This document shows, in pieces, positions 7,838 through 7,897 of a DNA stretch of 7,897 bases (position 1 is its first letter; each line of letters begins with the position of its first letter). This stretch comes from Paraspadella gotoi (lineage: Eukaryota > Animalia > Chaetognatha). Where the stretch lies: the NCBI GenBank assembly GCA_051294375.1, contig JBJCIZ010000530.1:1-7897 (forward strand), given 5' to 3'. The notes under the pieces are model-generated. The model was not told the origin of the DNA, ran no database searches, and saw only the letters and a list, made by a program, of their open reading frames with translations. Position numbers and translations under genes: made by a program.

Positions 7838-7897
7838 ATGCCATCAACGAATAAGGAACTCGCAGCTGCAGGAGAATTCATCAGCAGCAGCCGCGGC
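7838..7897 (+). CDS. Possible coding or exonic sequence at the window edge (MPSTNKELAAAGEFISSSRG...); frame and strand uncertain
   Basis: ATG at 7838 is open to the window end and GC rises sharply (cagcagcagccgcggc). Other frames and the minus strand are also locally open. Confidence 0.15.
   Translation, partial: MPSTNKELAAAGEFISSSRG

Overview
Very AT-rich, non-coding eukaryotic DNA, probably intronic or intergenic sequence of an invertebrate (inferred from composition and repeat types; the organism cannot be identified). No recognisable protein-coding gene, RNA gene or CRISPR array is present, and the listed ORFs are explained by low-complexity or repeat sequence. There are two main structures. 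(1) Two nested, diverged inverted-repeat pairs (outer 3441-3674/6115-6331; inner 4499-4897/5418-5793) enclose a one-strand polypyrimidine tract. (2) A cluster at 5984-~7200 holds non-autonomous elements that resemble Helentron-associated/DINE-1-like rolling-circle elements (HINEs). These show long terminal hairpins whose sequences differ while pairing is kept, GTC/GCC-type microsatellites and an internal ~150-180 bp tandem array. A few short candidate exons are weakly supported. The sequence alone does not support a new protein-based system.
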